Counted from the stretch's first letter, positions 41,802 through 52,193 are shown. The stretch: DNA of 64,000 nucleotides from Myxococcota bacterium (GCA_963674735.2 CAXXQS010000001.1:704001-768000), one strand, 5' to 3'. Notes: generated from the sequence alone by a model not told the origin. Numbers and translations are program-made.

Positions 41802-43123
41802 GGCTTGTTCTCCCCCGAGCGCCGTGCATTGCGTAAGATCGTGCCGGATACCGTCCGCCAGATTTTGTCGAGATGCCGTTCGAGCCGCTCGCCGTCATAG
41901 CAGATGGCGATACCGGCCTGTTGCTGGGCTTGGGGGGCGTGAACGGGATCGACCAGCCGCACCGGGAGGCGTTGGCCGTCTTCTCGGGTGAAAATCAGCC
42001 TGGCGGCGCGTTCTTCGATGCGTACATCCGTCAGTCGCCAGCCTCCGATGGCGTTTGTCTCGGAGAAAGGGTGAACCAGGGCGCGAGCGGCGGCTTCCGT
42101 TAGAAAAGGTTTGAGCGGCGCTGATTGACGGTCTGCGTGTGTTTGAGAGACGATTGCTTGCCAGGATGTGTCATCGATCGGCGCGAATTCATCCCAACCG
42201 AAGAGATCCCAATAGGCGATTTCGACGCCTTCACAAAAGCTTTTCGCAACGCAGGCACGACAGGGTAACCCATATTGCTTGTTACCGGCTTGTCCTCCGA
42301 TTACGCGGTCATCGCGGCTGACGAAAGCCACGCGGTTCAAACGGCCTTGAAATCGAGCGGGCAGTTTAAGATTCAAGCAAGGAGGCAGGCCGGACAGGGT
42401 TAACGGCAGCGGCAAGTCCTGCTTGTCCCATATTTGGGCTTGTCGGATGATGTCCTGGTAGGCGGGAGTCAACGTTTCCGCTTGTTCGCCGGCGCGTCCC
42501 ATCAACTGCAGCGCGAGTCCGACGACGCCATCCGGCCTATACGGCGCAAGCACAGCGAGAAGTTCGGGAATGTGGGGCAGGTTGTCACGGACCAACGTCG
42601 TTTGTATCGTGAGGCGCAAAGCGGCCCCGGCTCGGCGCAATTCGGAGGCATATGAAATGGCGGCGAGCGTATCGTCGAAACTGCCCGGCGTGGCCGTAAG
42701 CGCATCGTGAAGATCGGCGGAATGACCGTGAAGACTGATTTCGAGGGTGTTGAGACCGGCAGAAACCAAGCGCGACAAAAGGTCGGACTTGGTCGATGGC
42801 TGCGAACGACCCAGGCCGCGCCCGCTCGTGATCAAACCGATGTCGCGTGCGCCGTGAGCTTTAGCGGTGGCGATCATCTGCGGCAGCTCGGGGTTGGTCA
42901 ACGGTTCTTGCCCGCCGAACTGAATGCGCTCGATGCCTTCCACCTTCGCCAGATGTTCTTTGAGATCGGCGACGGTCCGAACGCTTTCCTGCGGTAAACG
43001 GGTGGCAAAACCGGCCTCCGAACAGAACACGCAGCGGTTGGGGCAGCCCAATCCGACCGCAAACTCCAGGCTGTCGAATGCGGGGGATTCCGTCGATGTC
43101 GGTTGGGAGGGCGCGGAGGTCAT
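41798..43123 (-). CDS. Radical SAM protein, paralogue of the downstream gene
   Basis: CPNRCVFC, GGQEP, SLHG; CRACVAKSFCEGV...Y..LFGWDEFAP. Confidence 0.85.
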   Translation of the reverse strand: MTSAPSQPTSTESPAFDSLEFAVGLGCPNRCVFCSEAGFATRLPQESVRTVADLKEHLAKVEGIERIQFGGQEPLTNPELPQMIATAKAHGARDIGLITSGRGLGRSQPSTKSDLLSRLVSAGLNTLEISLHGHSADLHDALTATPGSFDDTLAAISYASELRRAGAALRLTIQTTLVRDNLPHIPELLAVLAPYRPDGVVGLALQLMGRAGEQAETLTPAYQDIIRQAQIWDKQDLPLPLTLSGLPPCLNLKLPARFQGRLNRVAFVSRDDRVIGGQAGNKQYGLPCRACVAKSFCEGVEIAYWDLFGWDEFAPIDDTSWQAIVSQTHADRQSAPLKPFLTEAAARALVHPFSETNAIGGWRLTDVRIEERAARLIFTREDGQRLPVRLVDPVHAPQAQQQAGIAICYDGERLERHLDKIWRTVSGTILRNARRSGENKP

Positions 43124-43171
43124 CCTGATCGTTTCCTCAATGCAAGTGCAAAAGCGTCGTCTGTCTTCAGA

Positions 43172-45226
43172 TTACGGCGACGAAGGCGTTTCGTCAATGC
43201 CGGGCCTCAGGCGTGTACGATCGATCTCCGAATTTTGGCGTAGGAGCATATCGTGGTGCAGGGCGCGGATCGGCCGGTCGCCGGGGTGGCGGGTCAACCA
43301 GGCTTGCAAGCGCTCGATCGCCTCGGCGCGGAGTCCGGCCTTTTCTTGCAACAGTGCCAGGCGCTGCAGGAGAAGAGAATTCTCGGGGTCGGCGGCCACG
43401 GCGCGTGTTTGATGTTTGAGCGCTTGGGCAAGATCTCCGGCTGCATCGAAATAGAAGGCCAGGTAAACATCGTTTTCGGGATGAGATGGAAAGCGGGCCA
43501 ACCAGCGCACACGAGCCGATTCGGCGGCCTGATTGCGTCCGAGGTTTTGCAGGGCCAGACTTCGTCCCGCGTAGGCGAGGTAGGTCTCGGGGTAGCGCTG
43601 AATCGCCAGCTCGAACCATTTCAGCGCGAGTGCCGGGGCCGGTTTAAGTTGTTGCATGGCAGCGCGGATTACTCGGTCGGACTGCTCTTGATGGAGCTCA
43701 TCCAAATCGAGCGGACTGGCCAACTCTTCGACTTTGTCCCAGTCGGTGACTGCTTCGGTCAACTCGTGACGGGCGAGGTTGACATAGCCGCGCCACTGGT
43801 ACGGGGTGTCCCAGAAGGGTGCGATTTCGATCGTGCGATCCAGAATCGCCCGTGCTTCCTCGAATTTCTCTTCCGCATACAAGAACTTGCCGTAGCCGAG
43901 TTGGGCATTGGCACAATTGGGAGCATTGGCCGCCAAGCTGGCGAAAAGCGAGGGGTTATCACGCCAGCGGGGGCCGATCGTGATTTGGTAAGCCAGAAAG
44001 ATCAGCAGTAACAAAGAGCCTAATACGAACAAACGCGGGGTGCGAGATCGCCATCGTGTTTCAGCCGTGGAGATCATGGAGGCGGCCGCCAACGAGAGTC
44101 CGATGCTTGGGAGAAATAAACAACGGTCGGCAAACAGGACCGTGACGGTGGCCAGGGCTTGGACCACTGGTGACAAAGCCAGGACGCCCCAGGTGACTCC
44201 GATGGCAGGTAGTCGGCGTCGTGCAAGGCCCCAAATCGTCAGTCCGGCCAAGGTCAACAACACAAGCCATGCGCCCAACATCCGTGGCCACTGTTCCGGA
44301 CCGAACACCGCGAGCTGGTTGTAGGTCCATTCCATCGGTTGCGGGAAGGGCCACACAAAACGCAGCAGATAGTTGAGAAGCAACCACCCGCCGTTTAGAT
44401 GTCGCCACAACTCTGGCAGGGCAACGGTCGGGTTGGCGACCAAGGGCACGTCGCGCGAGATCTGCCCCAGAACCGAAATTCGCAGTGACATATAGGCAGC
44501 GAAAACAAGTACCGAAACCGCTAAGACGGGCCATGTTCGGCGGAGGGTGGAGCGCCAATCCTGTTTTGTTTGCGGATCGGCATACACCAGCAGCAACAGA
44601 ATTCCCGGGGCGACGACCCCGCTTTCTTTGGACAGCAAAACCAAGGCGTAGAGGATGCCGCCCAAAACGATGCGCAGAAAGCCGATGCGAATCGAGCCGC
44701 GTTGCCAGGTCACCAGCAGGTAAAGCAGCACGAAAATCGACGACATCAACTCGGCTCGCTGAACGATATTATGAGTGATTTCAGCGTTTACGGGATGTAG
44801 AGCAAAGAGTCCGGCTGCGAGAAAGGCTGCGCTGTCCGGTAGGAAACGTCGTGCCAGAAAAAATACCAGCAGGGAGACCAAAACCACCAGCAGCAGATTG
44901 ACAACCAGGAATGAAAAAGGCTGGTTGGGGGCCATTTGCCATTGGATGGCGAAGGTCAGGGCGGGCAGCGGGCGATACGTGCCGGTGGTCACGCCTTCGG
45001 AGCGTCCCCAGAAATCCGCCTTCCAAACCTCGCTGTAAAGGCCTTGGCTGACCGTGCGGCTGATGCGGATGGCCACGTCGTCGTCGTACACGAAACCGTT
45101 TTGCAGGTTGGTCGCGTAGGCGGCCAAGATCAGCAAAATCAAGGCCCAGATCCACAGGCGCAAAGGCATGTGTTTTCCGTCTGGAAGAGATTCGGGCTTG
45201 GATTGTTCACCGGCTGTCGTTTTCAT
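43172..45226 (-). CDS. TMTC-like protein O-mannosyltransferase (DUF1736 + TPR)
   Basis: FVYDD, DFWG, YRPL, HPVNAE, RAEL, SKESG, ADRCLFLPS motifs; C-terminal TPRs. Confidence 0.82.
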   Translation of the reverse strand: MKTTAGEQSKPESLPDGKHMPLRLWIWALILLILAAYATNLQNGFVYDDDVAIRISRTVSQGLYSEVWKADFWGRSEGVTTGTYRPLPALTFAIQWQMAPNQPFSFLVVNLLLVVLVSLLVFFLARRFLPDSAAFLAAGLFALHPVNAEITHNIVQRAELMSSIFVLLYLLVTWQRGSIRIGFLRIVLGGILYALVLLSKESGVVAPGILLLLVYADPQTKQDWRSTLRRTWPVLAVSVLVFAAYMSLRISVLGQISRDVPLVANPTVALPELWRHLNGGWLLLNYLLRFVWPFPQPMEWTYNQLAVFGPEQWPRMLGAWLVLLTLAGLTIWGLARRRLPAIGVTWGVLALSPVVQALATVTVLFADRCLFLPSIGLSLAAASMISTAETRWRSRTPRLFVLGSLLLLIFLAYQITIGPRWRDNPSLFASLAANAPNCANAQLGYGKFLYAEEKFEEARAILDRTIEIAPFWDTPYQWRGYVNLARHELTEAVTDWDKVEELASPLDLDELHQEQSDRVIRAAMQQLKPAPALALKWFELAIQRYPETYLAYAGRSLALQNLGRNQAAESARVRWLARFPSHPENDVYLAFYFDAAGDLAQALKHQTRAVAADPENSLLLQRLALLQEKAGLRAEAIERLQAWLTRHPGDRPIRALHHDMLLRQNSEIDRTRLRPGIDETPSSP

Positions 45227-45432
45227 TGGAATGATCTATAGCATATCCGCCTCATTAGGTGCAAAGGAAAGCGGCTGCGAGCTTTATTTGCACGGGTTGC
45301 AAAGATCGTCCGAAATCCGATTGGACGTTTGAAATTGATTGCCGTGCAGGCAGCGACATGCTAATAATAAAGAATAATAACCAGACCGATGAAGATTGTC
45401 GAAACCGTGCGCCGATTAGACGGAGGACCGCC

Positions 45433-46437
45433 ATGAACCATAAACTCATGACCATTGACCGCTATATCATGGAGACGCAGCGCAAGTATCCCGAAGCTCG
45501 CGGGCACCTCTCCAAACTGTTGATGGATATCGCTTTTGCCGCCAAAGTGATTGCCCGGGACGTTCGCCGGGCCGGGCTGGCAGGTGTGTTGGGGTATACG
45601 GGCGATACCAACGTCCAAGGGGAGCAGGTTCAGAAGCTCGATGAGATCGCCAACGAGGTCATGATTCAGGTCATGAACGGCAGCGGGCTGATTGCCGCGA
45701 TGGCGTCGGAAGAACTCGATTCTTCCGTGCCGGTCACCAACGAAACGCTGGGTGAATATATGATCAACTTCGATCCGCTCGACGGATCGTCGAATATCGA
45801 TGCCAACGTTTCCATCGGCACGATTTTCTCCATCTTGCGGCACCCGCGTCCGGGGGACGTGGGGCGCGATGAGGATCTGGCGCAACCCGGTTATCGACAG
45901 GTGGCGGCCGGTTACATCCTGTACGGATCATCCACCATGATGGTCTACACCGCCGGAGATGGTGTACACGGGTTTACCCTCGACCCGGCCGTGGGCGAGT
46001 TTCTGCTGTCGCATCCTTCGATGAAACTTCCCGACAAAGGCTACATCTACAGCGTTAACGAGGCCTATTCCGCTTCATGGTCCGAAGGCACGAAAGCTTA
46101 TATCGCACATTGCAAAACCAGCTTGGACCGTGGCGAGCCACGCTATAGTCTGCGCTATATCGGCTCTCTGGTGGCCGATGTCCACCGGACGTTCATGTAT
46201 GGCGGCATCTTTCTTTATCCACCCGACAAGAAGAATCCCAAAGGCAAACTGCGTATCACTTACGAAGCCAACCCCCTGGCCTTCATTGTGGAAGAGGCGG
46301 GAGGGGCTGCTTATGATGGCGGACGGCGCATCCTCGAAATCGAACCAGAAGGGCTGCACGACCGCACCCCGCTCTATATCGGTTCGAAAAAGAACGTGGA
46401 AGAGTTGTTGGAGTGCCTGCGCAAGTATGATAAGTAA
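45433..46437 (+). CDS. fbp: Fructose-1,6-bisphosphatase class 1
   Basis: NVQGEQVQKLD, ASEE, FDPLDGSSNID, RYIGSLVADVHR, GKLR..YEANP. Confidence 0.97.
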   Translation: MNHKLMTIDRYIMETQRKYPEARGHLSKLLMDIAFAAKVIARDVRRAGLAGVLGYTGDTNVQGEQVQKLDEIANEVMIQVMNGSGLIAAMASEELDSSVPVTNETLGEYMINFDPLDGSSNIDANVSIGTIFSILRHPRPGDVGRDEDLAQPGYRQVAAGYILYGSSTMMVYTAGDGVHGFTLDPAVGEFLLSHPSMKLPDKGYIYSVNEAYSASWSEGTKAYIAHCKTSLDRGEPRYSLRYIGSLVADVHRTFMYGGIFLYPPDKKNPKGKLRITYEANPLAFIVEEAGGAAYDGGRRILEIEPEGLHDRTPLYIGSKKNVEELLECLRKYDK

Positions 46438-46481
46438 TCGTCCGATTTGCTTGAACGCGTTTCCGGACAGGAGGTGCAGGA

Positions 46482-46874
46482 ATGGGTGAACGGGTGATGA
46501 TTCGATTGCGTATGAGTACGCACGATTCGCATTATGGCGGCAATCTGGTCGACGGCGCGCGCATGTTGCAGCTTTTCGGCGATGTGGCGACCGAATTACT
46601 GATCCGCCGCGACGGCGATGAAGGCTTGTTTCGCGCCTACGACAGCGTTGAATTTTTAGCGCCGGTGTATGCGGGAGATTTTATCGAGGCGGTGGGCGAA
46701 ATCACCTCGGAAGGAAAATCCAGCCGAAAAATGGCCTTCGCCGCCTATAAGGTGATTCAACCCGCCGGAATTGCAGGTAACGAGTCGGCCTGTGATGTCT
46801 TGGACCCACCCCTTCTGGTCTGTCGCGCATCCGGAACCTGTGTGACGCCCAAGGACAAGCAGCGAAGGCTCTGA
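46482..46874 (+). CDS. kal: 3-aminobutyryl-CoA ammonia-lyase (hotdog fold)
   Basis: [44 protein letters not shown]. Confidence 0.85.
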   Translation: MGERVMIRLRMSTHDSHYGGNLVDGARMLQLFGDVATELLIRRDGDEGLFRAYDSVEFLAPVYAGDFIEAVGEITSEGKSSRKMAFAAYKVIQPAGIAGNESACDVLDPPLLVCRASGTCVTPKDKQRRL

Positions 46875-46990
46875 TACACGATTCGACAAATGACTGCGAC
46901 CCATCCTGCCTGCGGGGTGGGTCGTTCTTTATGGGGGTCGAGTTGGGGAAAGAGAAATTGCGCCGTCATCTTCGAGGGAGAGCGATGAGG

Positions 46991-47590
46991 CTACGCTTTG
47001 CTTGGACCGTTCTTCTTTAAATCGATCAAGACTTGCTTGGCGAGACTTTTCAGTGTTTCGAAAACGCCCGTGCCGATAGTCGCCACCGCTTCGAATTCCG
47101 GGACTCTCGATGGATTCAGCATCCGTGAAAGTTCTTTGGAGTCCACCGCCGAGGGCAAGTCGCGTTTGTTGTACTGCATCACCCACGGGACATCCTTGAT
47201 GGACATGCCGTATTCTTCCAGGTTGATGCGAAGATTGTCCACGCTTTCCAGATTGGCATCCATGCGTTCGATCTGCGAATCGGCCACAAAAGCGATTCCA
47301 TCCACACCTTTTAGGATCAGTTTTCGCGAGGCATCGTAGAAAACCTGGCCGGGAACCGTGTAAAGGTGAAAGCGCGTTTTAAAACCGCGGATTTCGCCCA
47401 GTTGCAACGGCAGGAAATCGAAAAACAGCGTGCGCTCGGTTTCGGTGGCCAATGAGATCATGCGGCCCTTGGTGCTTGGGTCGGCTTTCTGGTAGATAAA
47501 CTGGAGATTGGTGGTTTTTCCTCCAAGCCCCGGCCCGTAATATACCAGCTTTACATTGATCTCACGGGAGGAGTAATTGATAAACGCCAT
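46991..47590 (-). CDS. mglA: Small Ras-like GTPase MglA
   Basis: [42 protein letters not shown]. Confidence 0.96.
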   Translation of the reverse strand: MAFINYSSREINVKLVYYGPGLGGKTTNLQFIYQKADPSTKGRMISLATETERTLFFDFLPLQLGEIRGFKTRFHLYTVPGQVFYDASRKLILKGVDGIAFVADSQIERMDANLESVDNLRINLEEYGMSIKDVPWVMQYNKRDLPSAVDSKELSRMLNPSRVPEFEAVATIGTGVFETLKSLAKQVLIDLKKNGPSKA

Positions 47591-47605
47591 CCACCGCCTC
47601 TGGGA

Positions 47606-48088
47606 TTAATCATTGAAAAGATTGTCGATATCTTCGTCGGTGATCTCGGCAAATAGCGAACTTACCGATTGATCCGATTTGCGCTTGTCCATTTCGGCAA
47701 ACACGTTTTCCAGTTCCACTCCGGCCTTTTTAACTCGTAGACGGACGAGACCCAGGGATGACCGATTGTCGAAAACGACGACCAGGATATAGCGTCCCCC
47801 GATGATGGAGAGATGCAGGTTATCTTTTTCCCCTTCATGAAACAGGATCGAGAATTCTTTCTCCCCGATCAGTTTCGCCAAGCCGCCGGTGGCGGCGATA
47901 TTGCCTGCCGCCAAGGTGGCCAGGGACGTGGTATCCATCACGCCAGCATCACCGGAAGAGGCGATCAACTGACCGTTTTTGTCTACGAGAAAGACCAGCT
48001 TGGCGTGTGCTTCGCCCGCCAGGCGGTCGCACACCTTGAGAACCTGGTTGTATTCTTCCTCGTGGATGATTGTCTGGGCGTTGAGCAT
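47606..48088 (-). CDS. mglB: Roadblock/LC7 GAP MglB
   Basis: LVDKNGQLIA, GNIAATGGLAKLIGEKEF, SSLGLVRLRVKK, EITDEDIDNLF. Confidence 0.96.
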   Translation of the reverse strand: MLNAQTIIHEEEYNQVLKVCDRLAGEAHAKLVFLVDKNGQLIASSGDAGVMDTTSLATLAAGNIAATGGLAKLIGEKEFSILFHEGEKDNLHLSIIGGRYILVVVFDNRSSLGLVRLRVKKAGVELENVFAEMDKRKSDQSVSSLFAEITDEDIDNLFND

Positions 48089-48215
48089 CTTTCAGTCGTT
48101 TTCCATGTCGTCCTACGAATCCAGAGGGGCTGGCCAAATCCCAAACCCTCGTAATGACGAAGTTTACCAAAAGGACCGGTAAATCGCAAGAGATTCGGTC
48201 ACTTTCGCGGTGTAC

Positions 48216-48683
48216 TCACCGGGGAGCCGCCGGTAACAGCGGCAGTTTGACGGAAAGCTTTTCGCGATGCATGAAGCAGCTCGCCACTTTGCCGTCCTTG
48301 ACTTCGCAGGTGCCGAAACGGATCGACATGGGAATGACCGGCGCCGTTTTCTGGGCTTTGAGAATATAGGCTGGACTCATGACCAGCTTATCGCTTTCCA
48401 ACTCCGTGGCATCTTCTCCGGATAGCTTGGTTTTGCTGAACAGCACTCCGGGGGGTGGGTCGATGACGAGCATCAGTGGGAATTCCTTGTTGATTTTCGT
48501 CCCCTTGGTTGGTGTGATGCGGATGACCACCTGTCCCTTGCCGTCGCTGATGGGCGGAGTTTCGAGCTTGAGGGAGTAGGTTTTGGCTTCATCGGCCAGT
48601 GCGAGTGGCGATTGAAGAATCAGGATGAACAGACAAAAAATCATCAGCAGTCCGCTGCTACGACGGATCGTCCAACGCGACAT
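48216..48683 (-). CDS. Secreted hypothetical protein, possibly DsbD-N-like beta-sandwich
   Basis: Signal peptide (ALA); beta-rich; one Cys pair C-x9-C near the C-terminus. Confidence 0.55.
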   Translation of the reverse strand: MSRWTIRRSSGLLMIFCLFILILQSPLALADEAKTYSLKLETPPISDGKGQVVIRITPTKGTKINKEFPLMLVIDPPPGVLFSKTKLSGEDATELESDKLVMSPAYILKAQKTAPVIPMSIRFGTCEVKDGKVASCFMHREKLSVKLPLLPAAPR

Positions 48684-48701
48684 GTAAAACTCCTTCGACT
48701 G

Positions 48702-49139
48702 TTACTGTATGGGAATGTGACGGGGTTTGCGCTTGGGAAGCATGATCTCCAACAGACCATCTTTGAATGAGGTGGAGATTTTGCTGTCTTCGATTTGGTC
48801 GGGCAAACGGAAGCTGCGGACAAAACCTCCGTAATAACGCTCGGATAGATGATACGTGGTCGCTTTGTCCACCACTTCCGGACGGCGTTCGCCGCGTATG
48901 ATCAACTCCGAGCCTTCCAACTGTACTTTGATGTCGTCTTTGCAGAGGCCGGGAAGTTCGCCGCTGACGATAATGGCTGTGTCGGTTTCCAAAACATCGA
49001 AAGGCGGAGTCCACTGGGTATTTCTGGCGCTGACTTCCGGGCACATTTCAAACTGTTGCAGGCTTTGCTTAACCAGGTCGTTCATGCGTTGTCGAATTTC
49101 AAGCAGCGCTTTTTGTGAATTCCATGGGCTTCGTGTCAT
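48702..49139 (-). CDS. Hsp20/alpha-crystallin small heat-shock protein
   Basis: ELPG, ERYYGGFVRSFRLP, FKDGLLEI.LPK; RBS ggagg. Confidence 0.92.
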   Translation of the reverse strand: MTRSPWNSQKALLEIRQRMNDLVKQSLQQFEMCPEVSARNTQWTPPFDVLETDTAIIVSGELPGLCKDDIKVQLEGSELIIRGERRPEVVDKATTYHLSERYYGGFVRSFRLPDQIEDSKISTSFKDGLLEIMLPKRKPRHIPIQ

Positions 49140-49245
49140 CAACCGCCTCCCTTGGTCGCTGGACTCTCGCCAGTTTAAAGCATCATGAAGCTGGGTTGCG
49201 CTTATGCTAATGGGAGAGCGCGCCAGCGTCAAGCCGTTTTCAGAT

Positions 49246-49743
49246 TCAGTCTTCCTGCTTGAGGGCTTTTTCAGCCCAATATTTGGCCACTCGTAAGCGG
49301 CGTCGATAGGCGGCGGCAATCGTCGCTCGCAGGCTGTCGTCCTTTACGGACTTGACGACCGTCGCTACCTTTTCTTCGTCGAGAGCATCCAATTCGGGCA
49401 ACTCGATCGTTTTTTCTCGCTCGCTGTTCAATTTGCGGGAAACCAAGGTTTTCAATCGAATCGAGGTTACCTTGCCTTCGCCCAGGACTTCTTTCAGCCG
49501 TTGAAGAATCGTGGGTATCTGAAACTGCAATTCGCTGAGCCAGGACGAAGAGGCGATACCCAGCGTCAATTCACCCTTGCGAAGTCGAAGCGGTTTGGCG
49601 TGCTGCGCGACTCCTGTTCCTACCGCTTCGCGCCACGTGCGCGACAGCAGGCCGATGTTCAAGCGGCCATTGAAACGCCAGCTGTTGGCCATGCGACCGA
49701 CGACATCCCGCGCTCGGTCGATGTTGTGGTATTTGGGCCGCAC
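49246..49743 (-). CDS. DUF721/DciA family protein
   Basis: WREAVG..VAQHAKP, L...SSSWLSEL motif. Confidence 0.75.
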   Translation of the reverse strand: MRPKYHNIDRARDVVGRMANSWRFNGRLNIGLLSRTWREAVGTGVAQHAKPLRLRKGELTLGIASSSWLSELQFQIPTILQRLKEVLGEGKVTSIRLKTLVSRKLNSEREKTIELPELDALDEEKVATVVKSVKDDSLRATIAAAYRRRLRVAKYWAEKALKQED

Positions 49744-49957
49744 GATAAACCATCTCCATCGTTGTTTCCAGCTTCACTAAGGTTAGACCATTATAGCACA
49801 CTTCGGCATTCCCATAACCCTATTTAGCGCCGCATTTCTTGGTTAAAAATACGAATGAAAACCGGCAGAGGAGCCCCGAAGTCGGATTTGTCGCGCAAAG
49901 CACACCTGAATTTTACACTTTCCTCGTGAATTAATCGCCTTTCATCGTTAAAAGGAG

Positions 49958-49986
49958 TTGAAATTTTATGTTATTTTTGCTATATT
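49958..49986 (+). promoter_or_regulatory. Sigma70-type promoter (extended -10)
   Basis: TTGAAA-17 nt-TATATT with TGc upstream, in an AT-rich region. Confidence 0.5.
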
Positions 49987-50043
49987 TAATGTAATTATTA
50001 TTGAATCTGATCCCAGACTCCAGGTGCCTCAAGTGGAGGATTC

Positions 50044-51291
50044 ATGAAATTACGTTCCTATGGCCTTAGCGATGTCGGTCGTAAGCGCACGCACAACGAA
50101 GACAGCCTGCTGGACAACCAGAAGCTGGGTCTTTTTGCTGTGGCGGACGGTATGGGCGGCCATAACGCCGGTGAGGTCGCGTCTCGTTTGGCCGTGGACA
50201 CCTTGGCGACCCAGATAAGTGAACATACCAAATTGCTCGAAACGTTTGCCCATGGCCCCACACCGCGCATCAAACGCCAGATCCTCGACATGCTGGACCA
50301 TTGCGTGCAGAAAGCCTGTCAACACATCTATGAAACAGCCCAGAGCGATGCCGGAAAACAGGGGATGGGCACCACGTTGTCGGTTTTGCTGGTGGTCGGC
50401 CGGTCCGCGTTCGTGGCCCATGTGGGCGATAGCCGCGTGTATCTGATTCGCAAAAACGAAGTGCATCCACTCACCGAGGATCACACGCTGGTTCAGGAAC
50501 AGGTGCGCAAAGGTTTGTTGACGCCCGAGGAAGCGGTTGATTTTCCATATAAAAACGTCATTACGCGCGGTGTCGGACTTTTGCAGCGGGTGCAGGTGGA
50601 TACCTTGCACATGGAAACCAGTCCCGGTGACCGTTTTCTGCTTTGCAGCGACGGTCTCTACGAATACCTGTCCAATGAGGAGATCCAATCCATGTTCGAT
50701 CAGCAAAGCCTGGAGGACATAACCCGTCGGCTAATCGAGTTGGCCAATGGTCGCGGAGGCAAGGATAACCTGACGGCCTTGGCGGTCGAGCTGCCCGATC
50801 TACCTTTCGAAGGCGACGAGATCGAAGTGAATCGCAAGCTTGATGCCTTGCGGCAGATCCACCTCTTCGAGCAGCTCAGTTACTCTGAATTGGTCAAGGT
50901 GTTGAATATCGCTCGTATCGAGAAGAAACAAAAAGGCTCGATCATCATTCGCGAAGGAGATATGGGCGACTGCATGTACATTATCGTGCACGGCAGTGTG
51001 GATATCCTGAAAGATAGTGTGTACCTGACCACGCTCAAGCGGGGACGCCATTTCGGCGAGATGTCGTTGGTGGACAACGATGTCCGTTCGGCAACCGTGC
51101 GCGCCTCCAGCGATTGCGATCTGTTGACGATCGAACGGAGCGATTTCTATACCATGTTGCGTGAGGAACCCCATCTGTCGGTCAAAATTCTGGTGAGTTT
51201 CGTGAATATTCTTTCCATGCGCCTGCGCGATACCACGCGCGCCTTTTCCGAGTCCCGGCGACGGATTGCGGAAATCAATGCCGCAAACTGA
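50044..51291 (+). CDS. PP2C Ser/Thr phosphatase with C-terminal cyclic-nucleotide-binding domain
   Basis: GRKRTHNED, ADGMGGH, MGTT, HVGDSR, CSDGL, GGKDN; FGEMSL...RSATV. Confidence 0.92.
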   Translation: MKLRSYGLSDVGRKRTHNEDSLLDNQKLGLFAVADGMGGHNAGEVASRLAVDTLATQISEHTKLLETFAHGPTPRIKRQILDMLDHCVQKACQHIYETAQSDAGKQGMGTTLSVLLVVGRSAFVAHVGDSRVYLIRKNEVHPLTEDHTLVQEQVRKGLLTPEEAVDFPYKNVITRGVGLLQRVQVDTLHMETSPGDRFLLCSDGLYEYLSNEEIQSMFDQQSLEDITRRLIELANGRGGKDNLTALAVELPDLPFEGDEIEVNRKLDALRQIHLFEQLSYSELVKVLNIARIEKKQKGSIIIREGDMGDCMYIIVHGSVDILKDSVYLTTLKRGRHFGEMSLVDNDVRSATVRASSDCDLLTIERSDFYTMLREEPHLSVKILVSFVNILSMRLRDTTRAFSESRRRIAEINAAN

Positions 51292-51296
51292 ATTCG

Positions 51297-52172
51297 ATGT
51301 TGCTTTACCCAATCAGGTCTTTCCTTCCGTTTGCTCTCGTTCTGACACTGCTGGTTTGCGCTTGCGCCTCCAGCCCGCCTGTGCCTCCGTCCGATTCGCC
51401 TGATTACGAATTTGACGTGCTGGATGAAAAAGTCGCTTTGCAAGTCGAGCGGTTCCCCAAACCCGAAATGTCGTCCGTCGAAGCGGCGCATTGGCTTTCG
51501 CTGATTGTCAGTTCCGAGCAACGCCTCGATGCCCAGATTCGACATCGCTCGGTGAATGAAAACGACCTGTTTGCCCAAAAGGAGCGCTTGAACGAACTGG
51601 TGCGTCTGGCCTTGTCCAGCTATCGGTCGTTCCCGCCGGATCTCGACTACGACTTGCGCCGTTTGCTCAATCGGATCGACCGCGGGATCGTGGCCCTGCG
51701 TGAACCGGAATATGCGGCCGTCATTGAAGTTCCGGTGGATACACGTCTGCCGCAGGAACGTGTGCGACCTTTCCAATTTATCTGGCCGGTCATTCATATC
51801 CGCGTCAGTTCTCCTTTCGGGCCGCGACGCGACCCGATTACGGGGCGAAAAGGCTTTCACGACGGGATCGATTTAGCGGGACCGGAGGGTGTTCTGGTGT
51901 ATGCCGCCGAGCAGGGGAGGGTGTTGTACACCGGCTTTAAGGGACGCGCCGGAAATCTGGTGGTGATCGTTCACAAAAATGGATATAAAAGTTATTACGC
52001 ACATTTGAGCCGAATTCTCACGACGGAAGGCCTGCTGGTCGAGCGCGGGCAGCCGATCGGCGCGATGGGCAGTACCGGCCGTTCGACAGGATCTCACCTG
52101 CATTTTAAAATCGCGCAGGGGCGACAGGCCTTGGATCCGGCGGATATCGTCGGTGTTGCGTTGGAACCTTAG
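51297..52172 (+). CDS. M23 family metallopeptidase, probable lipoprotein
   Basis: HDGID, YAHL, STGRSTGSHLHF. Confidence 0.9.
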   Translation: MLLYPIRSFLPFALVLTLLVCACASSPPVPPSDSPDYEFDVLDEKVALQVERFPKPEMSSVEAAHWLSLIVSSEQRLDAQIRHRSVNENDLFAQKERLNELVRLALSSYRSFPPDLDYDLRRLLNRIDRGIVALREPEYAAVIEVPVDTRLPQERVRPFQFIWPVIHIRVSSPFGPRRDPITGRKGFHDGIDLAGPEGVLVYAAEQGRVLYTGFKGRAGNLVVIVHKNGYKSYYAHLSRILTTEGLLVERGQPIGAMGSTGRSTGSHLHFKIAQGRQALDPADIVGVALEP

Positions 52173-52193
52173 TTTCGTCTTGGTTGAAAAGCG

